Source of the DNA: Mizuhopecten yessoensis
Taxonomy: Eukaryota
Direction of reading: 5' to 3'
Length of the DNA: 64,000 nucleotides
Assembly: GCF_002113885.1 (NCBI RefSeq)
Contig: NW_018480076.1
Span: 1,066,056 to 1,130,055 of the forward strand
A model generated the notes under the pieces. The model was not told the DNA's origin, did not search any database, and was given only the letters and a program-made list of their open reading frames with translations. Of this stretch, positions 1 through 26,280 are shown in pieces (the stretch's first letter is position 1; each line of letters begins with the position of its first letter). The translations under genes and the position numbers were made by a program.

Positions 1-940
1 TGGGTTTGTAGCATGTTTTCATGAAGGGCTACCAAGTTTGTTCAAATGAATGACCTTTTTATATTCAAGGACCCATTTTCAAGGTCACAGAGGTAAAATG
101 TGTCAAAATCTCAAATGACTTCTTCTAAATAACCAAAAGGCCCAGGGTACTGAAATTGGGTCTGTTGCATTTGATGTAACAATGTAATTTCTCTTGAAAA
201 ACTTTATATCACTCCATACCACAAAGTTGCAGGCCTAGGCATCATGCCATGACTCCTAGCCATTTGATTCTTTTGAAAACGTATGAGCATTTGGTCAAAT
301 CTAACCACAATCACCTGGACCCTAAGTAAAATAAATTTGCAAGCTTTGTAGCACTCCCTGCCAGCAAGCTACTGGTTATACCATGGCTGTAGACAAGAAA
401 TCGCAATGTTTGAACAAATTTGACGTGTGACTGTAAACTGAATATTCCAGGTAGCTCGAAGTAATTATTTTGCAAACTTTGTAGCTTCATATCATGACTC
501 CAGGCCTTTGGTCCTTTGGAAGAAGTTGTTTGAGCATTTGAACAAATTTGACCTCTGTGAATTTGAAAATAGGTCAAGGTTATTTCTTATCCCAAACTTT
601 GAAACACTTTATGGCAGCAAGCTACTTGCTTGTGTTATTGTTCTAGGACTTCTGGTTTATCAGATTTTACCTGTGACTGAATAAATCTCGGGATCATTTT
701 CGTTTCACCAACTTTTGAAGTTCTGAAACCTTGACAGCTAGTTTCTGACTAAATAACTTGAGCTTAGGCCTTTCAGATTTTCAGAAGAGTTATATATATT
801 TGACCTTCGTGACCTTGAATAAAGATCTAGGTCATTTATTTGGCTCCCCTTTATGATCTCCAATTGATTTCAATATCTATCAGCTAACAAAAGAAAATGC
901 AGTCCATCACAAGAGCAGGTAAGATATTCTATAATTTGTT
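1..940 (+). mobile_element. Truncated or composite HINE-type satellite-core remnant
   Basis: Bases 1-170 share the core GAAGGGCTACCAAGTTTGTTCAAATGAATGACCTT..TTCAAGGTCACAG with the element at 12168-13395. Further decayed TTTGACC/GTGACCTTGAA cores continue to about 930. Confidence 0.6.
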
Positions 941-1181
941 TTTATTTTTTCTGGCCAAGAACTTGCTTTTAACAACCCTAAGCCAGATAATTCTAAATAC
1001 ATTACATGCAATCTGTCAAATTCAAAGAAATATCTAACTCTGCCAGTTGTAAATACTAAAATAATCAATTTACTTTCATTTTCCCAACTACTAATGCATA
1101 AATAACTTTACAACAAGTTCAATTAAGTGGGATTATACAATGTACAAAGAAACTCTGACAGTGTTAGTCATAAAGTCAACA

Positions 1182-1187
1182 TTTATT
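1182..1187 (-). terminator. Candidate polyadenylation signal (AATAAA) of EXOSC3
   Basis: TTTATT on the plus strand, about 840 nt downstream of the stop codon. Confidence 0.4.
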
Positions 1188-1536
1188 AACAGCACTTACA
1201 ATAATGAAGTGAATCGCAAATCATACATATACACTTTGTCTTTACATCACCAAGAAACAGTCTTATTACAAACATTGCTGCCTCCTCTCACCTCTTACCC
1301 TATTCCTGTGCATTAATAATGTCCACTCATTAACAGTCATGTCCACTCTCATTGTCACTCGTTTACAAGATCGATTAATTAATTTTGCCCCGATATTGGG
1401 AAACGTTACGGCTCTATATTCTTGAATTGCACATGTCATCGCCACTGTTCCAGAGTTAGATTTTCAGCCATTCACTCGTCCTTATACATGATTAATTAAA
1501 GTTGCTTGGAGTAGTGGATTGGTTCTTAAAATGTGC

Positions 1537-2065
1537 AACTCTGAAACCAGGCATTAAAATCAGCTAGTCATTTACACATGAAACTCAGAAACCAGCCAGA
1601 GAATCAGCCAGTCGTTTTATCATGTAACTCAGAATCCAGCCAGTCGTTTATCCAGGTAACTCAGAATCCAGCCAGTCGTTTATCCAGGTAACTCAGAATC
1701 CAGCCAGTCGTTTATCCAGGTAACTCAGAATCCAGCCAGTCGTTTATCCAGGTAACTCAGAATCCAGCCAGTCGTTTATCCAGGTAACTCAGAATCCAGC
1801 CAGTCGTTTATCCAGGTAACTCAGAATCCAGCCAGTCGTTTATCCAGGTAACTCAGAATCCAGCCAGTCGTTTATCCAGGTAACTCAGAATCCAGCCAGT
1901 CGTTTATCCAGGTAACTCAGAATCCAGCCAGTCGTTTACACAAGAAACTCAGAATCCAGCCAGAGAATCAGCCAGTCATTTACACACTTAACTCAGAGAA
2001 TCAGCCAGTTGTTTACACATGTTACTCAGAAACCAGCCATAGAATCAGCTAGTCGTTTACACATG
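1537..2065 (-). repeat. 3'UTR minisatellite derived from the EXOSC3 C-terminal codons and stop
   Basis: Nine perfect 32-bp units (AACTCAGAATCCAGCCAGTCGTTTATCCAGGT) at 1626-1913, flanked by longer variants that match the coding end TCAGAAACCAGCCATAGAATCAGCTAGTCGTTTACACAT. Confidence 0.92.
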
Positions 2066-5000
2066 TTTTTAATTTCAGTGTTTGTCATATACTCAGATGC
2101 ACATATAGCGTTTGTAATGGCTATTGTTTCCACAACTGTCTTTGCTTTCACCCAGATCCGACCATTCATCCCAACTGCCGTCTCATAACGCATGTTCTTA
2201 CCAAGTGATCCGAACAATTCACAATCAGGACTGAGCACTCTGAAATGAAAATTATAATTCTTTTTCTATTCAAATTAGCTTCAGTAGCAAAAAGTAAAAT
2301 CATGAAAAGTATGAGTTAGATATTGGGAAAAATATATTATGGACCATACTGGTATTGCATATCAATGCATAATATGCCAGTACAGTATACATCAAAACCA
2401 ATGGTATGTAATATAAGCTAAATTGGTGTTTTCACTCCATGAAAGAGTCATATAGATACAGCTTTTAAAAACACTGAGCAGTCCTGTTTGGCACCTCTAT
2501 TCATACCAATTGTATTTTACACCATGTCATCTATCTGTTCCTTCTGGACTATTGTTTATATATTTATACTAATACATATCAAATTAAATGTTGTGTGTAT
2601 CACAGTATATTGCATTATGGTTTCCAGTGCCAGTCAATAATCCCTAAACTAGACTTGCTTTCCTGTTAAAAGGATTGAGAGCTATAAAAGGTATCCCCTT
2701 CCAGTCAATAACCCCTAAAGTAGACTTACTTCTATTTGAAAAGGATCGAGGCCTATAAAAAGTATCACTTTCCAGTCAATGACCCCTACACTGAACTATG
2801 GTCACTTCCTTAGGAGAATGATGCAGACCTTAAAGGGATGACATCTCCCTGCCTATGACCCCTGACCTAGGATAACTGTATACAGTATATCCTTGTTAAG
2901 AGGATGGAGACCTAGGTGAGGAAGACTCCCTCTATGCAACTAAGCCCTGCGTGGACCTGCACTTACTTCATTTTGAAGTTGTTGGGGACCTGAGGAGTTA
3001 TAATTAGGCTAAATTAGCCTCTCTCCCTGGCAAGAACCACTGAAAAATACTTCATTTTGAAGTAAGTTAAGATCTGGAAGCTACATGTATATCCTTCCTC
3101 TGCGCCAATGACTCCTGATCTAGGCTTAAACTCTTGTGAGAAGGATGGCAATATAGGTGAGGTAGCTCCATCCCTTGCAATAACCACAGACAAACATTTT
3201 ACTTTATTTTGAGGTAGGCTGGAATCAAAACAAGAGGCCCATGGGCCTAAACGGTCACCTGAGTCTACAGTATTTATTTTTGTTGTTGAAATATGTACCA
3301 ATTTGAGTAAAAAATAGTATAATGTTAACTTAACTTTGTCAGGACCATGAGCTGATCATTCCTAGACCAATTTTAAGTGAGATCGGCCTATTAGAACTTA
3401 GTAGCAAAATAGCGGCCATGGCAGCCAAATTGTATTTCTGATTGACCCGAAAAATAACAACACTTTGTCAGGACCATGAGGCGATCATTCCTACCAACTT
3501 TCAGTTCAATCGGCCCAGCAGAACTTGACTTTAAGTTTGAAATGTAAAATGTTAACGGACGACGGACGACGGACGACGGACGACGGACGACGGACGACGA
3601 CGGACGAAAACGGATAGCAATAGGTCACTTGAGCTAAAGCTCAGGTGACCTAAAAAGGTATCCTCCCTCAATGCCAATAACCCATGAGCTAGACTTCCTT
3701 CTTTTAGAGGTTAATGGAGACCTAGAAGAGGTATTCCTCCCTGCCAATGAACCCTGAACTTCTGACTATCTTGTGACATGGACAGACACCTTGTGGAACT
3801 AGCCTCCATTAATGACATTGATCCCGGATTTACACTTACTTCCTTGTGAGGTTGATGGGGACCTGGAAGAGGTATCCTGCATCCCTGCCAATTACACCAA
3901 GGCCTCCACTTTTGCCACTGCTGTCTATACACACCACCTCTCCCTCCATGTCCTTGTTGGCCTCCACAAACTTACAATACACTATATCTCCAACCTTCAA
4001 TATTCAAAGATAATATTGACACAATGATGACCATGCAATACTTCTTACCAATATATGAAGCATAAAACATTGCTATTCAAAAATAATGTCATGGAAATAT
4101 ATCTACCATTGTATGGCATAGCCAATATATAACCCTACTACAATTAGATGGCATTCATATGGACAATGAATGTCATGAGCTAATTATTAAACTCATTACT
4201 ATTATGACATCATAGCTGTTACTTTGGATACCATCGACCATCCATTGTTACTGTTTAGTACCAGCTATGCACGATAAATACATTATTCTAACTGAATGCT
4301 GAATATTGATAAGTGTAAATAAATTTAACATGAGATAAACAGATTCCAAAAATGGTAAAAACAAATATTGAACTGCTTTCAGTTGGCATTCATATGCAAT
4401 ACGAATGCCAACTGGACAAAGGTATCTCCAAGATAAAGTTAAATTTACCAAGTAATTTTTTTTAACAAATGGACACTAAAATAATGTAACGAATAAAAAA
4501 AATCATATTTTCCAATTAATTTTTTCAAGTGTGGTAGACTATTTCAATATTTGCAATGATGTTCTACTCTTATAAACTTTTGGAATTCAACCCAACTATG
4601 CAATGTGTACTTATTACATTATTCATTATTAGGAATCCCTTTGTGTATTATATGGAAGGTAGAGATAAGGTTGGTCTATGATGTGACACTATTCAATTTA
4701 CCTTCACATCAGGTCTGTTCCTTTTGGTAGCAGCTTCAAAAGCTACATATGGTAATGATGCCTGGTCACTGCTCCCAACATCCACCCTGAAGATGTCACC
4801 TGCTTTAGCTGTCACAATCCCAAGGACTGTATCTCCTTTAACAGGTATGTACTGCAGAGTAAAGAACACAGGGATAGTAAACATGTATCATAACAAGTAA
4901 TCATGTTCCAGTTTATTAACTTTGTTGACTATTGGGTAGTTAAGGCTGATTAACTGATTAACTGACTTCAGAATTCACAACTGTTTTAGTTAGAATGATT

Positions 5001-7248
5001 GTGTAGGTACAATGGAGTTTTCAATAGAGTGATCAATGATTTTAGGTCTATCTCCATGCTGGAAACTAACAATAGTTTAGCAGCAAAAGTCTCCTGATAT
5101 TTATCAGCAATATTATTTTATTTCCAAGCCTATCAGCATTGACAGTGACATACTTTTACTTTCAAGCCTATCAGCATTGACAGTGACATACATTTATTTT
5201 CAAGCCTATCAGCATTGACAGTGAAATACTTTTACTTTCAAGCCTATCAGCATTGACAGTGACATACTTTTATTTTCAAGACTATCAGCATTGACAGTGA
5301 CATACTTTTACTTTCAAGCCTATCAGCATTGACAGCGACATACTTTTACTTTCAAGCACACTCATAGCCACTTTCACCTTAAATTACACGTTCAACAGCA
5401 TTTGAAGGGAGGTAATTCTCACAACTCTCGTCTCATGAGCAACTCAGAACAACAGCATGGAGGATTTTACCATGAATTTCTTTAAAATTATCATTCATCA
5501 ATCAGTTTTTAGTTTAGAGTAAGTGATCAATCATGAAAATTGAATCAATTCCAAACACTATTAGCAAGGTAAATTATTTCAAGCAATCCATAATTCCAAA
5601 CCTTCAGAAATGTTTCATATAAAAAAGGCCCATAACTCTGTAAAAACGAAAGTAGGGAATGAAACGCAACATTTAAATGAACCTTTGTAGGTGACAGCAT
5701 ATGAAAAGAAGGTAAGTTTGGCGGAGGGGGTGGGGGTCAATATACTATGACAATACTGAAATGCCCCACACTCTATAAAGTGATTAGCTCTGACCAGTAT
5801 TTCACAATTGGCATTTCATCTTGCTTAAAAACCTTATATTCACAAAATGATTCTATTGAATAATTCTGTAATCAAATAATCATTCCTGAGTCACTAGCCT
5901 CGACTGTCAATACATCAAGGCTAATGCTTGTATTTATATTCAATCATAGACAAGTGTCTGTCATGTATTAAAGTGAAGCTTTTCAGAGTATGAATTGCAT
6001 GTTATTTTCTTTCGATGAAATTGCCTTGTAAGTTATTGTTGTGAGTTAAACAGTGGTATTTTAAAAAGATGAGTGATATCGTTTAATATATCCTCGGGTT
6101 ACCGGTTTCCGCGCACTTAAGAAGCATCCCCGATTTCGTACTCATATCGGCAGAAAACTGTTGAAATTATGGAAGACTGTCATAAACATGTATAAAATCT
6201 AAAAAGAATACACTAAAAAGAAATTCTTTACAGTGACCTGAAAGAACAAAAGCTTCATTTGGAATAAAAAAACCATCTTTGATTGTCTAATTAATTATCA
6301 CACACTTTTTTTATATTTCACATTTTTAATTGATTTTTCAAGATGTCAAATTGAACGAATTCATGTAATTTTATAAATTTATTAATTATATCACGGAATT
6401 ATCTAAGTCCGTGATTATATTTATTTAGTTATAATATAGAATCTGTTATTATTTTTTTCTGCAGTTTTATATCGGTTTTGGTTGATGGTAAGTTATTTCT
6501 CATTTTTGTTCTGTTTAAAATTGGAAGTTCATTGCATTACAAGGTTTACGTTTTATTGAAAACACTGTTTATCGAGGGAAGAATGTCTCCTTGGCTCTTC
6601 GGAAGTGGACAAAAATCGGCGAGGAGATGTGGCCTCATTTGCATACGACATTTTCGTACGTTTGTCAGACTACAAAAAAGACCGGTTCATGAATGAAATA
6701 TATCACCGTTTTTTCAGGTATGGGTTCTAGATATTGCTTGATAAAATGGCTGCGCGGAAATACATAACGCGCGGAAACTGGTGACTAGACGATACTTCCT
6801 TTTTGACAGCATTTGCTATAAAGCAGCTTGTTAAAATCCTTCTATATTTTATCGTTCTGTCTCTGTAAACATGGAAAATTAACACAACACTCACTACATC
6901 TCTATCTCATACTGATATGCATCACCTATAGTAAATTACCATTAAATATATATGACAGAAGAAATATGACTTGTAAAACGCATATTATTTTCGGATACAT
7001 TGACTTAATGATTGAGATGTAATAGTTATCTCCCTTGTCGTGTTTACAACCCTCACCCTCTTCTGGTGACTGTCGACCCAATAAATATTGGGCTCTTTGT
7101 GTCTTAAAATTCCCGGTTTTGTAGCTCTTATCGTTTCTGTCTCCTGTCTGAGTCCTGGCCCTAGAATAACCTTTGATGTTTTCTCAGATGCTTTAAAACC
7201 GGTGACGATCTCGCCGGGAAGAACAACCTTACCCACATGGTCGACCAT
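2026..7248 (-). CDS. EXOSC3: Exosome complex component RRP40 (236 aa, 4 exons)
   Basis: Exons (minus): 7248-7057, 4851-4702, 3994-3840, 2239-2026. All introns are GT-AG and the exons total 711 nt in frame. Peptides match Rrp40 N-terminal, S1 and KH regions: [27 protein letters not shown]|[50 protein letters not shown]|[24 protein letters not shown]..|..[12 protein letters not shown]. Exon 3 was translated by hand because it is not in the ORF track. Confidence 0.96.
2630..3900 (-). repeat. Degenerate tandem array (about 70 bp unit) copied from the EXOSC3 exon-3 3' end and donor
   Basis: About 10 diverged copies of CACTTACTTCCTTGTGAGGTTGATGGGGACCTGGAAGAGGTATCC..CCTGCCAAT..CC, for example at about 2650, 2720, 2800, 2885, 2958, 3045, 3120 and 3690. 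The array is interrupted by a HINE. Confidence 0.75.
3229..3656 (-). mobile_element. Helentron-associated non-autonomous element (HINE-like)
   Basis: AACAAGAGGCC terminus. Sub-terminal inverted repeats GGTCACCTGAG and CTCAGGTGACC. Terminal hairpin AGGTCACTTGAGCTAAAGCTCAGGTGACCT. (GGACGAC)n microsatellite at 3556-3606. About 1.5 core repeats. Inserted in an A/T run. Confidence 0.8.
5120..5357. repeat. 38-bp minisatellite (about 6 copies) in EXOSC3 intron 1
   Basis: Unit TTCAAGCCTATCAGCATTGACAGTGACATACTTTTACT repeated directly. Confidence 0.9.
6089..6794. mobile_element. MITE / non-autonomous DNA transposon (about 700 bp)
   Basis: Imperfect terminal inverted repeats: left end TATCCTCGGGTTACCGGTTTCCGCGC, reverse complement of right end TATCGTCTAGTCACCAGTTTCCGCGC. 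AT-rich interior with no ORF. Confidence 0.65.
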
Positions 7249-7483
7249 CTTAAATCTATAGACTGTTTCATTTTTTCGAATATTTGATCTAATCGAGGAT
7301 CATCATTTCTTTCCACATTTAATTATTAATTTTGAAACATTTGGTTTAAATTATTTTGATTAAGTTATTGTGACTGATGTCAATTTGATTATATATCTCA
7401 GCTTTTATTTTTCCTTTGTAAAAGTGTAACTCTTTCGGTCTTTCAAGGAACAGACTGTAGCCTCGAAGTGGCATCTAATAAAT
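7249..7483. promoter_or_regulatory. Compact bidirectional promoter shared by EXOSC3 and CARM1
   Basis: Divergent start codons at 7248 (minus) and 7484 (plus) leave only 235 bp for both 5'UTRs and promoters. The CARM1 start lies in a YY1-like AATATGGCG context. Confidence 0.8.
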
Positions 7484-20436
<12,953 letters not shown>

Positions 20437-23400
20437 ACAATTGTTACCTTGACAACAACTCGCGACCTCAAATAACTGTCCCTCAGATCCACACTATTGC
20501 TATACTTCAACTCCTTATCATTGAAGTTGACACTTTGGAGGAGAGAGTGGTGCAATTCAGTGAAAACGAGTTAATCTTTGAACTTTTCAGTGGTATAACA
20601 TTGTGAGGTGTCTCTAGACAGTTGTACCAACCTCACAGAAGTAGTCCTCCTACCCTACTGCTAAAAATACATGCCAAGGCAACTTCAATAACAGACAACA
20701 GTCGCAACAGAACAATATATCTTGATTATTTAAAAGTCAGATACTGTCAAATTGATATAAATAACTTGAAACTCTGGGTATTGCGATGTTACATGTGAAT
20801 GAAATTTATATGTGTAAAAAAATAAGGAAGGAAGGAAGAATTTATGTGACACATGAGTCTTGAGAAATGTACCCCCACAATGGACAGGAGTGCTGTGGAA
20901 AAATCCCAGCAAGCAGTGACTTTTAACAAAATGACATTTTCAACCATGGCTTGTTTATTTTAAATATTCAAAATGAATAACAGGTTTCATGTTCTATCAC
21001 AGTTCTATCAGTAGGTTGGTTACAGATTCTCGAGGTGAATTGAGGATTTTAAGGATTTTATGTGAGAAGGACATGACAATTCTTTTACATACATTACAAG
21101 TTAACTTTGAATTTAAACCAATGTGTTCTTTGTGTATCAAGTGTATACACTAAAAAATTGCCATCCTGACTTTTTTTCAAAGGCAATTAATTGTATGGTA
21201 AAACCATTTGATATTATGAAAATATTCTTTTCCATGTATCATTTGGGAAGCCGGAGTTTCTGAACAGAACAGTTCTTGATCTCTATAAAGTTGTCCCTTC
21301 TATGGCAGTTTGAAGTGTCGGAGATCCACCCATCTCCTGTCGATGATTTTATCCCTATTTATGCATAACAGCTTGTAGAACTTATTATCATATGTACATT
21401 ATGTATACAAGTTGTGCAAAGATAAGATATACTATTGAAGTATTCAACAACATGAAGGAGAGATGAAGCCTCTATATAATGGAGTCATTCTCATTCCTGT
21501 TTAGATTATCAAACACTCTTGGTTTTACAAGAATCTGTATCAAATTATGTAGGCCATTTCAATATAAAGCCAAGGATTGAACTGGTGGGTGTGTGCCTTG
21601 CCTTAACTTGCTGGATTATGCATAGAAACAAGTACTGTTTTCAACCCTTGTTTGATATGCTGAGGTGTGTACATATGTAGTTCCCTTGGTAGATGTACTA
21701 ATAAAGTCGATATAATATAGATATTTGTTAAAAGGACCAGTTCTGCTGCTTTTTTCCAAAGAAATGTCAACAACAACAAAAACGGAGGACTGCAAAATGA
21801 CTGGATTTTTTTATTTTATTTATATCATTACATTCTCATTACATTCATGTTATGCTTAAACTTTCCAATGAATTTATGACAGAAAACTGACAACCAATGA
21901 GAACAAAAAGATATCAAAAGATTAAGGACATTTCTTCAATTATTGCAGGGCTGAACGGTACATTTTTTTTCTTTTAAATGTCCATAATTATATTCATTGT
22001 ATGTATGTACAGTGTAGAAGTTTGCAACACCCTATTAGTATAAACATCATCAGCTGTAATGTATCAATATTTACGCAAGGACATCTTAAAAATATGCATG
22101 AAAAGCATGGCCTGATTAATTTGGGAGTGGGGGGGGGGGGGGGAATACAATACTAAATATGAAAACTACTTTTACATCGAAAGCAGCAGAAAAAAAGCAA
22201 CACATATTGAGACATTTCAGACATTGCTACAGTTCATCATTTTCCTAGATACATTGTGTGTACAAAATCTTTAGATACTTTGATGGTTTCTTCCACGTGT
22301 TCTTTAAATCATGGAAGTAGTTGGAGTTGTTTCACTTCAATCATGTACAACAAATATAAAAACTTCAGTGCAGAATGGACTTAAGAAGTGACAGGTTACA
22401 TATTTTTTGATCAGTAGACCTAAACACATCACCAGGTCAATTGATATTTCTGAAAAAGATTGTTATGCAATTTGTTTAAAAATGGATAAATGCCAGGTAT
22501 ATATTGATATGAATCTGGTAAAATATCACAAATATTACTCAGTATATATGTGCGTAATTAAATATTCTGTATGGAAATGATTTATGAGAGAGAAAACAAA
22601 ATTGCCTCTTCAAAGACTTCATTTGCATTTGTCGTTAATAAAAATATATTTAGAAAAAATCATATCTTTACTATGACCAGAAATTGACGCGAGAAAACAT
22701 GGAAACGAGTACCAGTTAATTACACTGGGCATTCTTGTCAATATGTTACTCAATATGTAAGTGGTGTAAGCACCTGTCTACATGTAAATAATACAGTTGT
22801 AGGCTAGCAAGGAAAGTTTGATATTACTTAGTACCTTGCCACAAACATATTGAGCATTGGAAGCATAAGAGGTGGGTACTGACTATCTAAGCAGAGATGT
22901 ACGAGGTATATTCTTTATTAAATTTAGTGTGGTCAGGGTATCTGTTGTAAATCAAGTGTTTTGTGAAGATCATACTACTAAATAAAAATCATAAATCCCA
23001 GGTTACACTTTCACAGGCATCTAGATGATTCTCCAAAAAAATAAATATATAGGTATATAAGATAAAAAACCCGATGTTTTGGATGGCACAAATGATTTTT
23101 TGACTTGCAATTCAAAATCCACTTGATTTACCATAGATTTATCAGTCGTGGCTGTTCAGGATGGTTTCCAACAATTAAACACTTTCACTTTGTAAGAGAA
23201 CTCCAGTTGATTTGTAATTGGACACTGATTCAGTACACTTCATTATTTATATCTTATGCTTGATGTCCTGTGAGAAAATATTAATTCTTTGTGTTTTAAC
23301 AAAGGCAAAATAGTGCTCACCAGTCTTTAACAAACAACCTATTCTCATTTGATGTTGAAATAAAGTCTGATTTTGTAACAAATACAAGACTAAAAAGGAT

Positions 23401-25061
23401 GTTATCAGTGTTTTGTGTTCTTGGAAGTCCTTTCATTATAGAATCAACAGGAGGTACAAGAGATCTCTGTATTGATCACTGGAGCTTTTATTAAGGTAAC
23501 GGGTACCAACAAGTCAAACAGTATTACCACTGTCACTATTGTGAAATCATTATTCCAAGTCGCTTTCAAAAGGAATATTCCATAAAATTTACGTGTTGAC
23601 ATGTATTTTACAGAATTATAGCTGTTCAATATTTGAAAGTGCTGCATTACTTCACAAATGTTGCCACATAGGATTTATACAAGCACAAGATTAAAATGTG
23701 GGTCCAATTTATGGGTCGCAAAGCATATGAAAAGCTTGACAGGAACTTACTGTAAGCCAGGAAAACTCCTAAAGTTGCACTCTTCTTTGCGATTATAAAT
23801 GATGCCGTTGGACCCTCTTCCTTAAATTAAATGCTTTGGAATGTTGCACTTTTGCATGATGCCGACAAAAACGGATTTGTGTACTAGAAATATTACATTA
23901 CATATTTTCAATAAAATTCAGTAAAGGCACTTGTTCCAATCTTTCTGTCGGGGGACATGAAAGGCCTTTTGTAAAATTGGTATTCTGCTTTACTGTCATC
24001 ACACAACTTCCATTTGGACATTAGTTGTCAATGCATGGTCAAGGTCACAGAGGTCAAGTTACATATTCTCTAAACAATGATTGTGAGAAAAATGTATATG
24101 ATGCCATATTGTTTGGGAGACATAATAACGCCACCGGAGAACATGGGCAAATTACCCTAGTTGTGTTTTATTTAATGGCCTCTCTGATCTCATTTCTAGG
24201 CATTTAAATATCTTGCTAAAAAAAAGAAACAAGAATGCATCAGAAGGATTTAGTATATGCATACTTAGGGGTGGATAGGTTAGAAATATATCCAAATGTT
24301 GCTCAAGATATCAAATAATCAACTGTTTTCCTTGAATTGTATGAAATAGCTGTACTAAAAACAGTATCCAATGAACGTGCATGAAATAGCTCCAATGATA
24401 GGTTTCCATCACGGCACAATTGACCAATGTTATTTGGCTGTTGCATTCAACCCCCTTTGACAACAGGTTTAAATAGCCATTGATAAGATAGCTGAATAAA
24501 CAGAGTTTATGAAATTTTGCATCCATTTTGTCATTTCGCCTTGTAGCCATCTAGTTCTTGCTAGAAGTCCTTAATTTAATATGCACAACAAAGGAATAAA
24601 TGAACATTTCTTGACCTTGAAAGTAGATGAAGTAAATTTACATGATAAATAACCTTCCGACTACCTACAATAAAAAAATAGAATTTGAGGACAAATGTTG
24701 CACCTTCACATCTGGTTATTTGTGCCAGTTGAGTTAAACTCATAGGAAGATTATAAGACATTGGCAAAAACTTCTTGGTACATTTAAACGAAAATGGGAA
24801 TATATATAATAACAAACACAAATGTCAGTTTCAAATGATTTTACTCACTACATTAGAATTATCCAGGTTTGTAACAAATTAATAAACAATAGGAATGGAC
24901 AGTATACCTGTACTGATCATGTAACCCAAGATGTGTCCAAGATTAGCACAAGACAGGAGATTAACAATAAATCTAGACTATAGGTAATTACATTCAATTT
25001 GGCAATCGTTCAATTCATCAACAAAAATTACTTTGCTATGTAAATCATATTTGGGAGATAC

Positions 25062-25263
25062 TGTATAACATGAAATGTTTGTGGGTACTATCTCCAGTGG
25101 TTTGAGGCTATGTAGATTGTTTCATGGTACAAATAACCCTGAATTCCCAATATAAAACAAGTATGTATATTATAGTAAAGTAAACTAAATTCACTGTCAT
25201 GTATTCCTTGTGGGTACATAGTAACCACATATGTATTTATAAACAAACATTTCATGTTGTACA
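25062..25263. mobile_element. Small MITE-like element (about 200 bp)
   Basis: Inverted termini TGTATAACATGAAATGTTTG and CAAACATTTCATGTTGTACA. Confidence 0.5.
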
Positions 25264-26280
25264 TCATCTTTTATGAAACTAATTATATACATTACTGAAG
25301 TTTGCAGTGGTGTGAGTCATACATGAGATATCTTTATTGGTAAGGAAAGTCACTATAGTGAATAATTTAATAATGCAATACACTTTGAAATAACTAAAAA
25401 TCGATACAGATATGGCATGCCCTTTAATTAGAGATATACTGCTATATGCTATCCTCTAAAATTCTAAGTGGAAAGTTAAGGATTACATTTACATTTGGCA
25501 GTTCTATAAATCAAGTGCTTCAAAATGCTTTAAATCGTATGTTTAGCACAGAGATAACATTTTCCGTATTTGTGCAAGATAGTTTAAGTCACGATCGGCT
25601 GCTTATATAATTACCGTTCAAGTCATAATGCAAAAATAGATACCTTGAAAATACATATTTCAAGTACCTGGTACTATAATAAATTATCTTATAGCACACC
25701 AGCTGGTAAGCACTATTCAACCTTTGAAATACTCAAACATTTAGAACAAAAATGTACATGTAAATGAATTTTAAAATATATATAACATCACAGTACCCAA
25801 AATTGTTCCCACATTTTTTCGTCAGTAAAAGTGAAAACTAGAATTATCCCAAACTACAATGAGATGATGGATTTTACATGCATTCTTACATAAACAATCA
25901 AAATATTGTTATTTTATACCTATTATCAGCAAAATTAAGAACATTTATTTTGTTGGAACGGTTTACTCCTACATACAACTGAAACCTGAAATAAACAGAC
26001 ATGAAAACACTCAAATAACAAAGAACCCTGACTTTTTAAGGCATGTGAATGTTTGTATATGTAGTCCTAGGAATCCTCAACTTCAAGTACATCAAGATTT
26101 GCTAATCATTATCCTAGCTATGTTGAAATATGCAAAATAAATAAATATTTCAGAGATATCACAGTCCCAGTAAAGTCCATTCACACATTGAGAAATGAGC
26201 TTCCAAGTCAATCCTGATGCATTTTAACTGTATATTCTCTAGTGTACACAGGATCCCAACAGTCGGTGCCCTACACACTT

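Noticed and set aside
1626-1913. 32-bp periodic repeat resembling a CRISPR array
   Set aside because: The units are head-to-tail with no unique spacers and no cas genes, the context is eukaryotic, and the unit derives from the EXOSC3 coding end.
20437-26280. Possible additional gene or ncRNA between the convergent CARM1 and SPICE1 ends
   Set aside because: Only short AT-rich ORFs, multiple AATAAA signals and TE scraps are present, consistent with long 3'UTRs and spacer DNA.
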